Positions 41,230 through 53,899 of a DNA stretch of 64,000 nt are shown in pieces. Origin of the DNA: Octopus vulgaris. Lineage: Eukaryota. The notes under the pieces are model-generated. The model was not told the origin of the DNA. It worked only from the letters and a program-made list of their open reading frames with translations, and made no database searches. A program made the position numbers and the translations under genes. The stretch spans positions 83,328,001 to 83,392,000 of the forward strand of contig OX597822.1 of assembly GCA_951406725.2 (NCBI GenBank), read 5' to 3'. Position 1 is the stretch's first letter; the number at the start of each line of letters is the position of its first letter.

Positions 41230-41900
41230 GTAACCGGTCTCTGAAAGTTGTATGAAGTGTTACTATTGTTTCCGGGGTTAGATACCTTATTGTTGTGCTT
41301 AGTCTTTTTGTCTGTTCCTATTTGGGCTCCACTCCTGGAGTTTTCCAAATACCTACCAGAACATTGTACAGGAGGCAAAATAATTATTTAGATAATTTGT
41401 ATTAATAATTGAATGGCGATCTTTCTTTGCTCGTTATGTTAACTGTTATATTTTTATATTGCCCATATTTGTTAGAAGCGATCCTATACCTCTGTCTATT
41501 CTTATTTTATAATAATTCCTATTATCTTGATTATTATTAGATCTATGTTCTACAGACTGTCATCCACTGACCTAAGAAATTTTCACTGTATTTCTATCAG
41601 TAACATAACGGATATTCTTAGAATATCCTGCCTTACCTAAGCGGCGTGGTATTATTATTTTTAAGTTAGAAAATATTATTGGAAATAATCTAGATATTCT
41701 AAATTGAACGCTATAAATTATACATTTAATCATAGCTGTAGGATAGTTGGAGTTTTTATTGATGTATTGTAGTATTCCATGAAGTTAAACGGTACGAATG
41801 ATAAAGTCCGTCATCAAGATCTAATGTTACTTTCTCAAAGTTCTTTACTTTATAGTTCTGCTCTAAAGAGATAGAAAGTTTTAAGTTTCAAAATTGTTTT
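41230..41900 (-). mobile_element. Decayed Penelope-like element (RT thumb to GIY-YIG region)
   Basis: Minus-strand remnant KNSNYPTAMIKCIIYSVQFRISRL resembles the PLE motif SNHPPxxxKxIPxSIxxRISxL. A-rich, with many frameshifts. Confidence 0.55.
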
Positions 41901-42226
41901 CTTTATTTATCCCTGTTATTACGTTACTACATTTACAGAAAGGTAGCAGAATATCGTGTTTACCAAGATTACCCTCATTTCCTCGATGTCCTTATTACTG
42001 TAAAATGTCAACGCACACAAGAACCGTAACTTGTGCTGTGTCACTCGATCCCGTGGTTATATCAAAATTGTTAAGTCTATCATTTCGAGTTCAAAATTTG
42101 CCTTCGTATTCAAGATTACTATTCCAAACCATTAATATTGTATCTATAACTTTCGTAGAATTGTGAATGTCTCACCTAAAAAACAAGAGTTTTGTGTAGG
42201 AAATGAGAGTAATTGATGCACAATAG

Positions 42227-42273
<47 letters not shown>

Positions 42274-42284
42274 CATACACGTAT

Positions 42285-42450
42285 AGCCTGGTACTAGTTC
42301 TATCGGTCGGCTTTGTTTCAGTTTCCGTCAATGAAATTCACTCACAAGGCTGCCACAATAAAAGACACTTGCCCGAGGCACTATGCAGTGGGACTGAATG
42401 TAGAGCCATATAGTTGGGAAGCAAACGACTTACTATAATGCCATGCTTGC
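42285..42450 (-). mobile_element. SINE family B, deleted copy
   Basis: cagtttccgtcaatgaaattcactcacaaggc...agacacttgcccgagg...gcagtgggactgaa. Confidence 0.75.
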
Positions 42451-43059
42451 CCCTTTATGCAAATATATATAAAAGTCAGGACCCCCAGTTATTGGATTTC
42501 TTTCCTCTTTAATATTCTTGAAAGGTCAATGCTGTAATAAACCTTTTAGAAGCGGCGTTTATCAAATGGCCATTAACAAAACGGATATGAAAAAATTGTT
42601 TAAGAAACAAGGACATCTTTGTAGGAACTTGAACTTTGCATATTGTCTTTGATTTTAGCTGATTTGCATGTTCTCTGTTCTTATAAATCGTTAAATTGTG
42701 GCTACATATGTGTGTATATGTATGTATGTATGTATGTATGTATATATATAAATATATATATATATATATTTTTTTTGTATGTGTGTTTGTCTATGCGTGT
42801 TTGTATGCTGCATATGTGTTTAGAATAGAAAGCAATGTGCCAATATTTCATTAAGAATAGTTATATACCTTTGATCATCATATTTCCATTTAAATAACTA
42901 ATCGATATATTTATATTTCTTGTAACGGCCTCAAGTCAAGCCATTATAATGATTGATATTAATTCTTTGGAAGAATATTATTTTTTTGAGGGATCATATC
43001 CGAAGTATTTATCACAATTTTGTGCAATTATTAATAATGCTGGAAACAATTGCACTTCC

Positions 43060-43353
43060 TTCTCTTCCTCCTCCCCATCCACATTCTTCTTCTTCTTCTT
43101 CTTCTTCTTCTTCTTCTTCTTCTTCTTCTTCTTCTTCTTCTTCTTCGTCTTCTTTTTCTTCTTCTCCTTCCTCTTCTTCTTCTACTTCTTTTTCTTCTTC
43201 TTCTTCTCCTTCTTCTTCTTCTTCTTCTTCTTCTCTTCTCCTTCTTCTTCTCCTTCTTCTTCTTCTCCTTCTTCTTCACCCTTCCTCCTCCTCATTCTTC
43301 TTCTTCTTCTTCTTCTCCCCTCCTCCTTCTTCTCATTATTATTGATATTATTG

Positions 43354-43412
<59 letters not shown>
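43060..43412. repeat. Compound (CTT)n/(CCT)n-(ATT)n microsatellite
   Basis: Directly visible; source of the poly-F/S/L/R ORFs. Confidence 0.95.
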
Positions 43413-44585
43413 TGAATATTATTCACTTCAATGTTATTATTATTGTTTTATAACTCAAATGCACCCACCCCCAATGTAGACCATTGTACTGGTTGTGAAA
43501 AGTTATAAAAAATAATAACAGCAGTAAGCATAATTAATAAATACATATCGATTATTAAAATATAATTAACCGAATTAAAGATAATAACATATTGTTATAT
43601 CAATAAGAAGATAATGGTTCCACAAACCGAAGAAACGGTTTCAAGAATTCCTCAGTTTTAACCAGGAAAAGAAACCGCATTTGAAGCAAGTTGGATCGGA
43701 TTGCATGTTCCATCAACGCACAAGAACTGGGCAGTAAATATGTGTTATTTGAGAGGAGTGATGTCTACAACGAAGCTACAAATATTATATAGAAGATCAT
43801 TATAAAAACTCAGATTACATGTAGTATATTGAACATATCCTCTTAATGAAATGGCCATTTGCAAGTATTTATATTCAGCATAACCAGAGCCACGACTAAA
43901 TGACCCCATACTACCTAAAAGTTGGGCAGAAAAAATCGGGCAGTAAATAAATTGCAAATTGTGTTTTATGTGGCTGATGCCCACGGCAATGATGCATATT
44001 TTATGGCATATAAGATTCACGTTTTCTCTAAAAACGAAATATCTTCAAATATCACTCCAGAGCCTATATGGAAAGTTTGGCATTAAAAGCTAAAATTCCT
44101 GAATATACGCAGCTGAAATTGGTGTGCGTCTAACATGGAAGAGTATCTTTTGTGCCATGAAAATAACTTGAGAATTATGAATGGCTGAGTCTTTCGGAGT
44201 GAATCGAAATAGTAGGTTCTTCGGACTTAATGTATCTTTTTTGTTTGTGAAGCCAGAAGTAAAAGTGCAAGGCGATTTCTTTAACAGTCGGAAAGACAGG
44301 ATATATCGATGTTAGTCTCCCTCAAATCATACTTTACTACATAAAGGGACACATTGAATAATGTTTAACCAGAAATAATAATAGATAAGACGGTAAAACT
44401 CCGGTGTGCTCGGTCAGGGTTAACTGAGTGGTAAAACAAATGAACAACAGCAACTATAGAAACCTATTATTAAATATGATAACTAATGTAAAACAGCGAT
44501 CAAATTAGAAATTATGATGTTAGCAGACTGATCAATTAATTGATTAGTCATCATAATGACGTCTGTCCCTTATTATCAATATTCA

Positions 44586-44800
44586 TGGCGGTGAGCTGGC
44601 AAAATCGTTAGCACACTGGGCAAGATGCTTAACGGTAAAATGCCTTCTCTGTCATTACGTTCTGGGTTTAAGATCCTGCCGAGGCCGACTTTGTCTTTAA
44701 TGGCCGACAAAAGTATCAGTTAAACGCAGTGATAGATGCTATCGACTCCCCCCACCACCACCTTCAAAATTACTGCTCTTGTGTCACAATTTGTAACCAT
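44586..44800 (+). mobile_element. MetaSINE-like tRNA SINE, diverged
   Basis: ggcggtgagctggcaaaatcgttag head; gccgaggccgactttg. Confidence 0.75.
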
Positions 44801-44811
44801 TATTGTCAATA

Positions 44812-45242
44812 CAAGGTTAATAGTAGTTCAAATATGCTCGGGGTATATTCGAACCCGTAACAAAGCTAGTCACCGTATTTTGTAATGCAGAAAATTTTCC
44901 ATTATAGACAAATGGTGGAAATACACCTAAAATCAGCTTGCACCGCCATCTACCCAGACTATGAGATGAAAGCATTTCAGAGTGGTTATTTATTGTCCGG
45001 TTTCTAAGACAGAAGAGGAGATAACCTTTCCAAAATGCTTGCATCTCACAGTCTGGGTAGGTGGCGCTCCGAGCTGATTTTGATGTTATTACTCAATTTG
45101 TTTACAGCGAGAAATTTTCTCCATACGAAATTCATTCGCTCTGCTTTGTTATGGAGAAATTTTCTCCATAACAAAACACAGCGACTGAATTTCGTATGGC
45201 TTCGAATATTTCCCAAGCATATCTGAATTGGTAATAACCTTG
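44812..45242. mobile_element. Foldback/MITE-like element with long imperfect inverted arms and a nested palindrome
   Basis: Ends caaggttaatagtagttcaaatatgctc / aagcatatctgaattggtaataaccttg. Inner arms 44930-44978 versus 45033-45081. Nested palindrome at 45121-45199. Flanks are TA and CA. Confidence 0.75.
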
Positions 45243-45967
45243 CACATATATACATCACTGTTTAGCGGTGCCACCCGGTAATTGTCAATAATCGTACAAA
45301 TGGAAATATCTGTATACATAACATATACATCATTTATCCATTCAGAGATGCTGAATCAGCTGGGTTAATAAATTATTTACGTTCGTCTCTGAATTAGTCT
45401 GATAGTAATCGCAATATAAATAAGTGACTTTGATTTCCAAAGATTAACTCCCGGAAGAAGTATTGTAGAGGTTGCAGCTTTTCAATCGATATTAATATAT
45501 TACACATATAACATACGTTCTTTTGTATTCACTCCCCATAAACATAAGAACACATTATATCATATTATTTCTTGATATTTGTGTGTAATATCTCAATGTA
45601 TCTGACACTATTAAATAATCTGATCGAGACATCGACATCTAAAAAAATCGTATTGCTTTATACTTCATTGCAGCAATGTATTTCTGCTCCATTGACTATA
45701 TCGAATAAACATTCCTGCTTGTCGTATAAGTCACAGAGTGTCCAATATATGCCATATTTGGAACAAATAGGCAACGTGTGTATTTCGAAACAAATTGCTC
45801 AGATCGGAAACCAAATAAAACGCAATAAAATGTCGACGACAGACAACAATAGAGGAGGTGGAGAAATTCTACGGATAATTTTCGGCATATGGTTTTGAGA
45901 TTCTCTCATTCTAAAATTTGCATATTGACCATGAATTCCCTCATGAGGGAGACCTGGTGGACAAAAG

Positions 45968-46014
<47 letters not shown>

Positions 46015-46133
46015 TAAAGAAAAACACATTAACACACACGCACTCTCACACACAAACATACACATATATATCCATCTAACTATCTTTCTATCTATAAAAG
46101 ATAGATATAGATAAATACATGCACACATATGTG

Positions 46134-46169
<36 letters not shown>

Positions 46170-46280
46170 TACATGGATGCATGTATAAATATGAGTAAGT
46201 TTGCGCATTTATGGGAGAGTGTATGTGGAGGGACCACATTCCACGAGGAAAATGTCAAGTATATATATATATATATATAT

Positions 46281-46335
<55 letters not shown>

Positions 46336-46573
46336 CATAGATAGATTTAGTAGCTAAGTGTATTATTCCCAGACAAAGAGATGATGTGCTCTGTTCATGT
46401 CTGCAGCCTTTGTGAAGAACTGTTATAACTGAGCTAATTGTACTTCAGTTACTCGTCTATTTATTATGCAAACCAGCTGAAGCTAAAATCCGTACATCAT
46501 CTGCAGCATTGTGTAAACTTTATACAGAATCGTACAACTTTCTGAATCTATAACAAAATACAGACAACTGCTT

Positions 46574-46607
<34 letters not shown>

Positions 46608-46608
46608 A

Positions 46609-46644
<36 letters not shown>

Positions 46645-46645
<1 letters not shown>

Positions 46646-46870
46646 TTTATTTTAAGCAGCAGAAAATTCAACAAAATCTGTTACTCTGAGTTTCTCGTTG
46701 CCGTTCATCAGACAGTTTTTCTAGCAAAAACTGTCTGATGAACGGCAACGAGAAACTCAGAGTAACAGATTTTGTTGAATTTTCTGCTGCTTAAAATAAA
46801 GCATATTACTCTACCACTGGTATTTGAGTACTCTTTTTTCCACCTTGTTTCACATTTATGTGTTTACTCC

Positions 46871-46872
<2 letters not shown>
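46645..46872. mobile_element. 228-bp non-coding foldback element in (TA)n: perfect 76-bp inverted arms plus a unique tail
   Basis: 46645-46720 is the exact reverse complement of 46726-46801 (loop ctagc). The tail recurs at 33860-33944 and 63953-64000. Confidence 0.9.
46727..46773 (+). ncRNA. Minimal type I hammerhead motif (mirrored on the minus strand at 46673-46719)
   Basis: ctgt-CTGATGA-a-cg-gcaa-cg-a-GAAA-ctcagag-TA-acag. Confidence 0.7.
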
Positions 46873-46912
<40 letters not shown>

Positions 46913-47695
46913 CCAGAGGCGACTGCGGGTCATCAGCGTCATTCGGGCTCATCACATATTTCGCATCAGACACAAGCCTGTTCGAAGAATTTTACGTTTT
47001 TCCGCTTTATGTCTAGCCTCAGATGGCTTATTTTCTTTTATATCTAGCACTATGTCTTTCCTTAGTTAAGGGTAACAATAAAGCAACTCTGCAAAACACA
47101 ACTTATCTTTACACACAGACGCACGGAATAACAACAATCGAATAACAACAGCGAAGTGCGCAACAAACATCTGAGATCTGACTGTCACCTGTACTCGTGA
47201 CAAGAAATGCCAGTTAGACTTTTACGACTTCTAGGCTCCTTCGTATTAGCCCCAGTTGTGGAGTCATTTTTCATTCCTTTAAGAACATTGTAAAACAGAA
47301 GCTTTTCATAGATAGGAATCTAAATCCTAATCTCTATAGAAATTCATTGTTTCAAAAAAAAAAGCATTGAATTTTAATTAGATAAATTTTGACACAGGGC
47401 ACCTCTAAGACGACCGCCATACGCTGAGCAACAATGAATGAACTGCGACCAGGCTCAATAAAAGGAGCCCGAGTTATTGGTTGCAATTACATACTTGAGT
47501 GTTGGCAGAAATTAAATCGGCTTCCAAATAGACGTTCACTTTTTACTAAATTTATACTCGGGCTAAGTTAAAAAAACCTGAGTGAGGGAGTCGCCATTAT
47601 ATATATATATAAAAACAATTGCAGCGTGGAAGGTGTTTATAAGCCATTTAAGAAACACACAAAACCGTTAGATTCACTTCAACATTTAAATTTAA

Positions 47696-47746
47696 TTTGC
47701 CAAAATATTTTCGTCGTTTTGAGACCGCGACCTGTTCACTGACAAA
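47696..47746 (-). ncRNA. Minimal type I hammerhead motif, G3-C8 core variant
   Basis: Minus strand: tttgtca-GTGAACA-g-gtcg-(11 nt)-cgac-GAAA-atat-TT-tggcaaa. Confidence 0.65.
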
Positions 47747-47842
47747 GCTTCGTGATGCAGCACGAAGTTTATTTCGATCTTGAAAGGATGGACTTGGTGC
47801 TAACTTAACTGTATCTATTTTTAGTATTTTTTATTATTATTA

Positions 47843-47892
<50 letters not shown>

Positions 47893-47980
47893 AGTAATTT
47901 TTATTAACTTTTATAGCTTTAGAATTTTATGAACTGTACCACGGATTTAATTATTATTTTTCATCTCCATATGTGTTAGC

Positions 47981-48015
<35 letters not shown>

Positions 48016-48249
48016 AAAAAACTATTAGCCAAATATGTATAATATCGGTACTTATTAATATTAATATATACACTGTTATATATTTTGTTTTATTTTGTTC
48101 TGTTTACCTTCCTTTTTGTACAAATGTGTATTATATTATATAAGTGTAGCATTATGATGTATAAGTTTTTATATTTTACATTTTTATATTTTTATATTTA
48201 TATGTATATGATTATATAATATTTTTCACTATTATAACAAATTTAATTT

Positions 48250-48367
48250 AATTCTCTGAAGAGGCCGTGGGGCATCCTTGTTAATGCCTCATTTATACCT
48301 GCCTTTATGGCTTATAGGTTAAATGAGGTATGACTGTCCTCACTGCCGAAACAGCTGTCAGTTTTGA
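48250..48367 (+). ncRNA. Hammerhead motif with an extended stem II of about 85 nt
   Basis: ct-CTGAAGA-ggc...gcc-GAAA-cagctg-TC-ag. Stem II contains gtgggg/cctcac and atgcctcattta/taaatgaggtat pairings. Confidence 0.7.
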
Positions 48368-48561
48368 TTTATTTGCATATTATATTTGAAATTTTTTACT
48401 TATATCTCTTTATCTTTTTACTTTTACTATTACTGTGTATCTCATTTCATTTTATATATTGCCTTTACTCATATGTAATGGTGTATTAAAGTATGGATTG
48501 AATATCATCGGATAGTTGATGTTTTACTGATTTAAGTATGTTTCTCCATTCTCTAATTTTG

Positions 48562-48614
<53 letters not shown>

Positions 48615-49467
48615 CACACACACACACACATACACATATATATATATATGATTAATGAGGGAAACGGAAAATGGATATGGTATGAATATTTTCTCAACTC
48701 GGCAATCGTTTCGAGCCATCCTGCAGATGTCCCTTACAGGTAGGATATTGTGCATCTAGGTGCGTTGCACCATTCAGTGCAGTTTATGCTACCTCAGATG
48801 TTGGTGTAAAAAATATTCAACCGCATAAACTCAGTTCCTCTCGGCATGTTGCACGCTCTCGTAGTATGTGGGTGCACTTACGGAGAGTAGAATAATTCTG
48901 GGGTTAAAACCTGCAAATCGGTCTGACTACATATAGCATAAATTTAACTAATAAAGGATAGAAAATAAACCCTGCCAAAGAGTACGAATTGAAAGTTATC
49001 AGGGCGAAGGATGGGGGTTTAGTTCACAGGTGAACTAAACGATGAGGTAGGCTAGGTGAGTGCTGTAACGGATTACTGGGGCTCCAAGGTTATAGCCGAG
49101 ATAGTAGTTATGCAACCATTGCAGATTTCCGATGCAGCGGATATATATTTGTTAAAGAGGACAACAAACATTAAGGCAAGGCAAACATCTCAAGTCTTAT
49201 ACAAAATTGGTATAGGAAGAAATTCAAAATCTTACGGCTGTTTCAGGGATATCCCCGAGTATGGGATATTCTGTCATCAAAGACAAATCGGGGAAAAAAT
49301 AGGGAATATGAAATTGGTATATATCAATAAGATGACGACATAGAGGAAGGGAGTAAAAGAATAGGCATTGGAAAGAGAGAAGAAAAAAGAAGCATAAAAG
49401 TTCATAGGTTAAGTATATATATGTATATATGTGTGTGTGTGTGTGTGTGTGTGAGTGTGTGTGTTCG

Positions 49468-49775
49468 TGAAGGTGCAGTGGCCCAGTGGTTAGGGCAGCG
49501 GACTCGCGGTTGTAGGATCGCAGTTTCGATTCCCAGACCGGGCGTTGTGAGTGTTTATTGAGCGGAAATACCTAAAGATCCACGAGCTCCGGCAGGGGGT
49601 GATGGCGATCCCTGCTGTACTCTTTCGCCACAACTTTCTCTCACATTTTCTTCTCTTGGCCTGCTCGCTTAGCCGGTGGGGTGGCGTCATTTGAAGGGTA
49701 AAACAATGTGAAGCGCATTGTGACCAGCGATGTGTAGCAACATCTCATGGTCAGTCACGGTGATCACGGTGATAT
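49468..49775 (+). mobile_element. tRNA-headed SINE (Arg-like head family, tail Y)
   Basis: A box tggcccagtggttagg, B box gtttcgattccc. Tail shared with 675-785. Confidence 0.85.
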
Positions 49776-49791
49776 ATACATACACATAACA

Positions 49792-49872
<81 letters not shown>

Positions 49873-50443
49873 CTCTATCTATCTATATATGTATATATAT
49901 ATGCATTTATGTACATATGCTTATATACCCGCATGTATGCGTATGTGCGTCCGTATATGTGATGTGAATATATATATATATATAGGAAATATAAGTATAC
50001 ATAAGTCTGCCGTACACACACATATACATAGGTACAAAGATATATTCATACACATACATATGTATATGGCATGTATTGTGTATGCATGTATACGACTACA
50101 GATATACATATCCAGAGAACATAAAAAGTGTATGCATCCTATGTACTATGTGTGCGTGTGCAGGGGCGAGAATTCGCAGCCGACATCCGCTGATATCATC
50201 AACAATATAAATGTTATAATTTGGAATATTATAAATAGACAAATCCAGGCAATTCCAGAAGGCTGTTGGTAAACCTTCTCGAATGACCTTCCACTTTAGT
50301 ATATAAAGTCATGCTGATATCTCAGTAGAAATGCACTTTAAGACGATCATAAATAAAATGAAGTGAATATATTTTATTTCTAGAAATGGCTTGAGAAAAT
50401 AATTCACTAAGAAATATTTCTGCTTATATATATGCTGTGAGTT

Positions 50444-50533
<90 letters not shown>

Positions 50534-50583
50534 CACATATTTATATATATACAGATACATACTTATATGTACATATGTATATG

Positions 50584-50652
<69 letters not shown>

Positions 50653-50695
50653 TTATATGTGCATATGTATATGTGTGTGTACGCGTGTATATTTA

Positions 50696-50727
<32 letters not shown>

Positions 50728-50785
50728 ATTATATATATATATATATACATATATATGTATATATATATATACACACATATATGTG

Positions 50786-51212
50786 TATAAATCTTCATAA
50801 ACCTATGGTGATAGGTATAAATGGAATTTTATATTCAGTATGTATGTATGTATGTATGTATGCGTGTGTATGTATGTATGTATGTATGGATGTTTGTATG
50901 CACACTCACACGCTTTTATTTTTCTGACGAAACAAAAGCCTCTAACAGTTTAATATTATGTGTTATGGCAATGATTCAGAATAGTTTTATTCTTTTCTCT
51001 TCGTGTTTTGGTGTGATTCATTCAAAAGAAAACTATGTTTGGACTACATAAGAAATTAGTAAGCCTCCATAGTCATTTCATCACATACATACATACATAC
51101 ATACATACATACATACATACATACATACATACATACATACATACATACATACATACATACTGAATATAAAATTCCATTTATACCTATCACCATAGGTTTA
51201 TGAAGATTTATA
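50786..51212. repeat. Inverted duplication: 53 bp unique plus (TATG)n arms
   Basis: 50786-50838 is the reverse complement of 51160-51212. Confidence 0.9.
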
Positions 51213-51580
51213 CCTATAAATTTATACAAAAACCTAGAAATAGTAAGTTTTTCGGAGAAGGAGAGAAAAAAGAAAACTGGCGCGAACTCTCTAAATCCAA
51301 TCTATTAATGGCACAGTAAAGAATTGTTAGACAATCCGAATATTCTCCATCTGAAATTCTTTAGATGAATAGATGTACACACTTGGGTTCATCTGTTCTT
51401 AAGGTGAATAGATGCACACACGTGGGACTGCTCAACCAACCCACGAACTCGTCCCCATATTTACAAACACTGGTAGCTCTCTAGATACAAAAGCGATTCG
51501 TTTAAACTACATTAAGATGGTATATATATACGTATGTGTGTGTGTGTGTGTGTGTGTGTGCATGTAGGCATGTGTGCATG

Positions 51581-51622
<42 letters not shown>

Positions 51623-51972
51623 ATATATATATATTTACATAATATATGTATATATATATAGATGCATATATACATACATATATGGGTAAGGGACGTCATA
51701 AAACGTAAACAACATGAAATACGAAAACATGAAAAAAGAAGACGAACTTTTGTATTAATCTTTTGTAAAGCTAAAACGCATTATTCTTTAACAAGAATAG
51801 TATTGACAGTGACTTCGAAGTTTCAGCCAGCTAAGCCATCATTAGACTGAGATGCATTTAAGATAATCTTCGCTTTATATAGGCTTTATATATATATATA
51901 TATATACGTAATCAAATATACATACAATGATATTCATACTTATAAATATATATATATATATATATATACATA

Positions 51973-52029
<57 letters not shown>

Positions 52030-52688
52030 CATACACATATATATAAGGATTCACTTGAATTAGGTACTTAAGTTGAGGCACCAAGTCAGTCCGGTATTGT
52101 CCTCACAGCTCTTACCTGGTCCTTAAATCCCTTTCTAAATTTAATTATTTAATATACAAAATATAATATATTAATAATAATATATAAATTTTGCTCAATT
52201 TGGATATATATGTTTCTCCCCGCATCCTTAATACCCACTTAAATCTCATTGTGACCTCCTTTGTTTTCTACGTTAGGCTCATTTTAATTGATAATAATAA
52301 TATAGTTTAATTAATCCCTGCCCTTCTTTCTGTTGCTGAAAAGTCAGGAGAACAGCATCCTACGAGTCAGCAGCGTGTTCTTCGGGAAATATTCTCTTCC
52401 TGACGACTTCCAATACAACCTCATGACATCTGGACGTCAAGGAAGACCTGGATGTGAAACGCTTCAGCATATTAAAGCAGACAATGCATGGGTATGTTTT
52501 CTAAAGACTTCAAGATGACGCTAATATCGACATGAGGCGCAGCCTCTCGAGTACTCGACACCGCTATATCGCATTATACGAAATTGCTAGGAAATACTTA
52601 ATAGACAGCAGAGTCACAGGAGCACCTGGAGTTTAAAGATGCGACGGAAAATATTGATGATGTCACATTTCTGTGGAAAGCATCCATA

Positions 52689-52908
52689 TCCTTTTGTTAC
52701 CAACCCGGCTGAAACCGGCTCTGGCTCTGAGTACAAATGTGTTGTTTTCATAAGTTCTGAATTAAAATCTTCCACCAAACCTTAGTCACAATTTTCGTTC
52801 CTAACACTAGCTGAATGATAACTAAGTTATTTTACTAAATTCTTTGGTATATTTAAAGTAATTGAAAGAAACACAGAGCATCTCAAAATAAATACAGTAA
52901 CGAAAGGG
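52689..52908. mobile_element. piggyBac-type MITE
   Basis: Right end gtaacgaaaggg|TTAA; left end ccttttgttac with a decayed TSD. Confidence 0.7.
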
Positions 52909-53337
52909 TTAAGTCACCACTGCCCTTCCTCTTTCTGGTTATCACCCATATAACATCGTCTTTCTAGCATCTTCTATGGTATGTTCTTTTATGTAGACAT
53001 GACTATTTATAGTCACAGTAAAATAAAGGTAAGGAAGAGTATCTGACATTAATTAATTTATCACCAGAAGCAAGAACTTACATACTTCCTTACATACATT
53101 CATACACGCGTACACATATAAGAACTGCTAATGTTTAATGTAGCTAATTCTGAGAACAATTTTCTGCCTTGTTCTTTGTTTTTGTATATAAAGTAATTCA
53201 TGTTGTTGAATCCCGGGACGGTCATTTTGCCAATAAACACACGCACACTTTCTATTTCACTTCTATTTTTATAGGTCAACTAGTGAAACGTTTAACCAAG
53301 CAACAAATCTACTGACTGATCAATAATTCTGTCAATC

Positions 53338-53375
<38 letters not shown>

Positions 53376-53834
53376 CAGAGTACTTTTGAGGCCATTTGTT
53401 ATCCCATCAATGACCAACCTAATTCGATGAGGGGCTATACGTAAGATAATCGAGAAAAAAGCCATAACTAAACCATGAGCTAGAATCGAACTCGGAACAA
53501 CAAGCTTCAGAAGCTGATTTGTGAATTACACGATGTTTATTTTTATCGTTCCACTTCTTATCATTTTCACTAATAACATTTCTTCTTACTTTCATGGTTT
53601 CTAACAATGTCTCTTTTTCTTCGCAGACTTTCTTTCGTCTTGATGTTTTGGTTCACATTCTTACCATTCCTAAACATGTTATTCTTTATTCTATTTAAAG
53701 ATTTTATTTTTTTTTACTTTATTTTCAAAAGTTTTCTCACATTGGATCTTCCTTTCAATGTTTCTGTTCTTTTTCTCCGTACACACATAAGTACATGTAT
53801 ATAGATCTATAAACATACACGAAATACATACAAA

Positions 53835-53899
<65 letters not shown>

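Noticed and set aside
42949-43479. Longest ORF in the track (176 aa) and similar poly-I/Y/V/L ORFs throughout the window
   Set aside because: Translations of stop-free microsatellites.
43622-43662. Minus-strand CTGAGGA-attctt-GAAA-ccg...cgg-TT motif; similar partial hits near 35181 and 54099
   Set aside because: Stems I and II are essentially absent; expected by chance.
49030-49350. Possible Penelope RT remnant on the minus strand
   Set aside because: Motif similarity too weak to support by eye.
49468-49545. tRNA gene
   Set aside because: A/B boxes are present but there is no proper acceptor stem, and it continues into a SINE body; all tRNA-like sequences here are SINE heads.
52333-52470. 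Possible hammerhead (CTGACGA...GAAACGCTTC, or gtcagga/tcctgac stem)
   Set aside because: Two conflicting registers, neither with an intact core plus stems.
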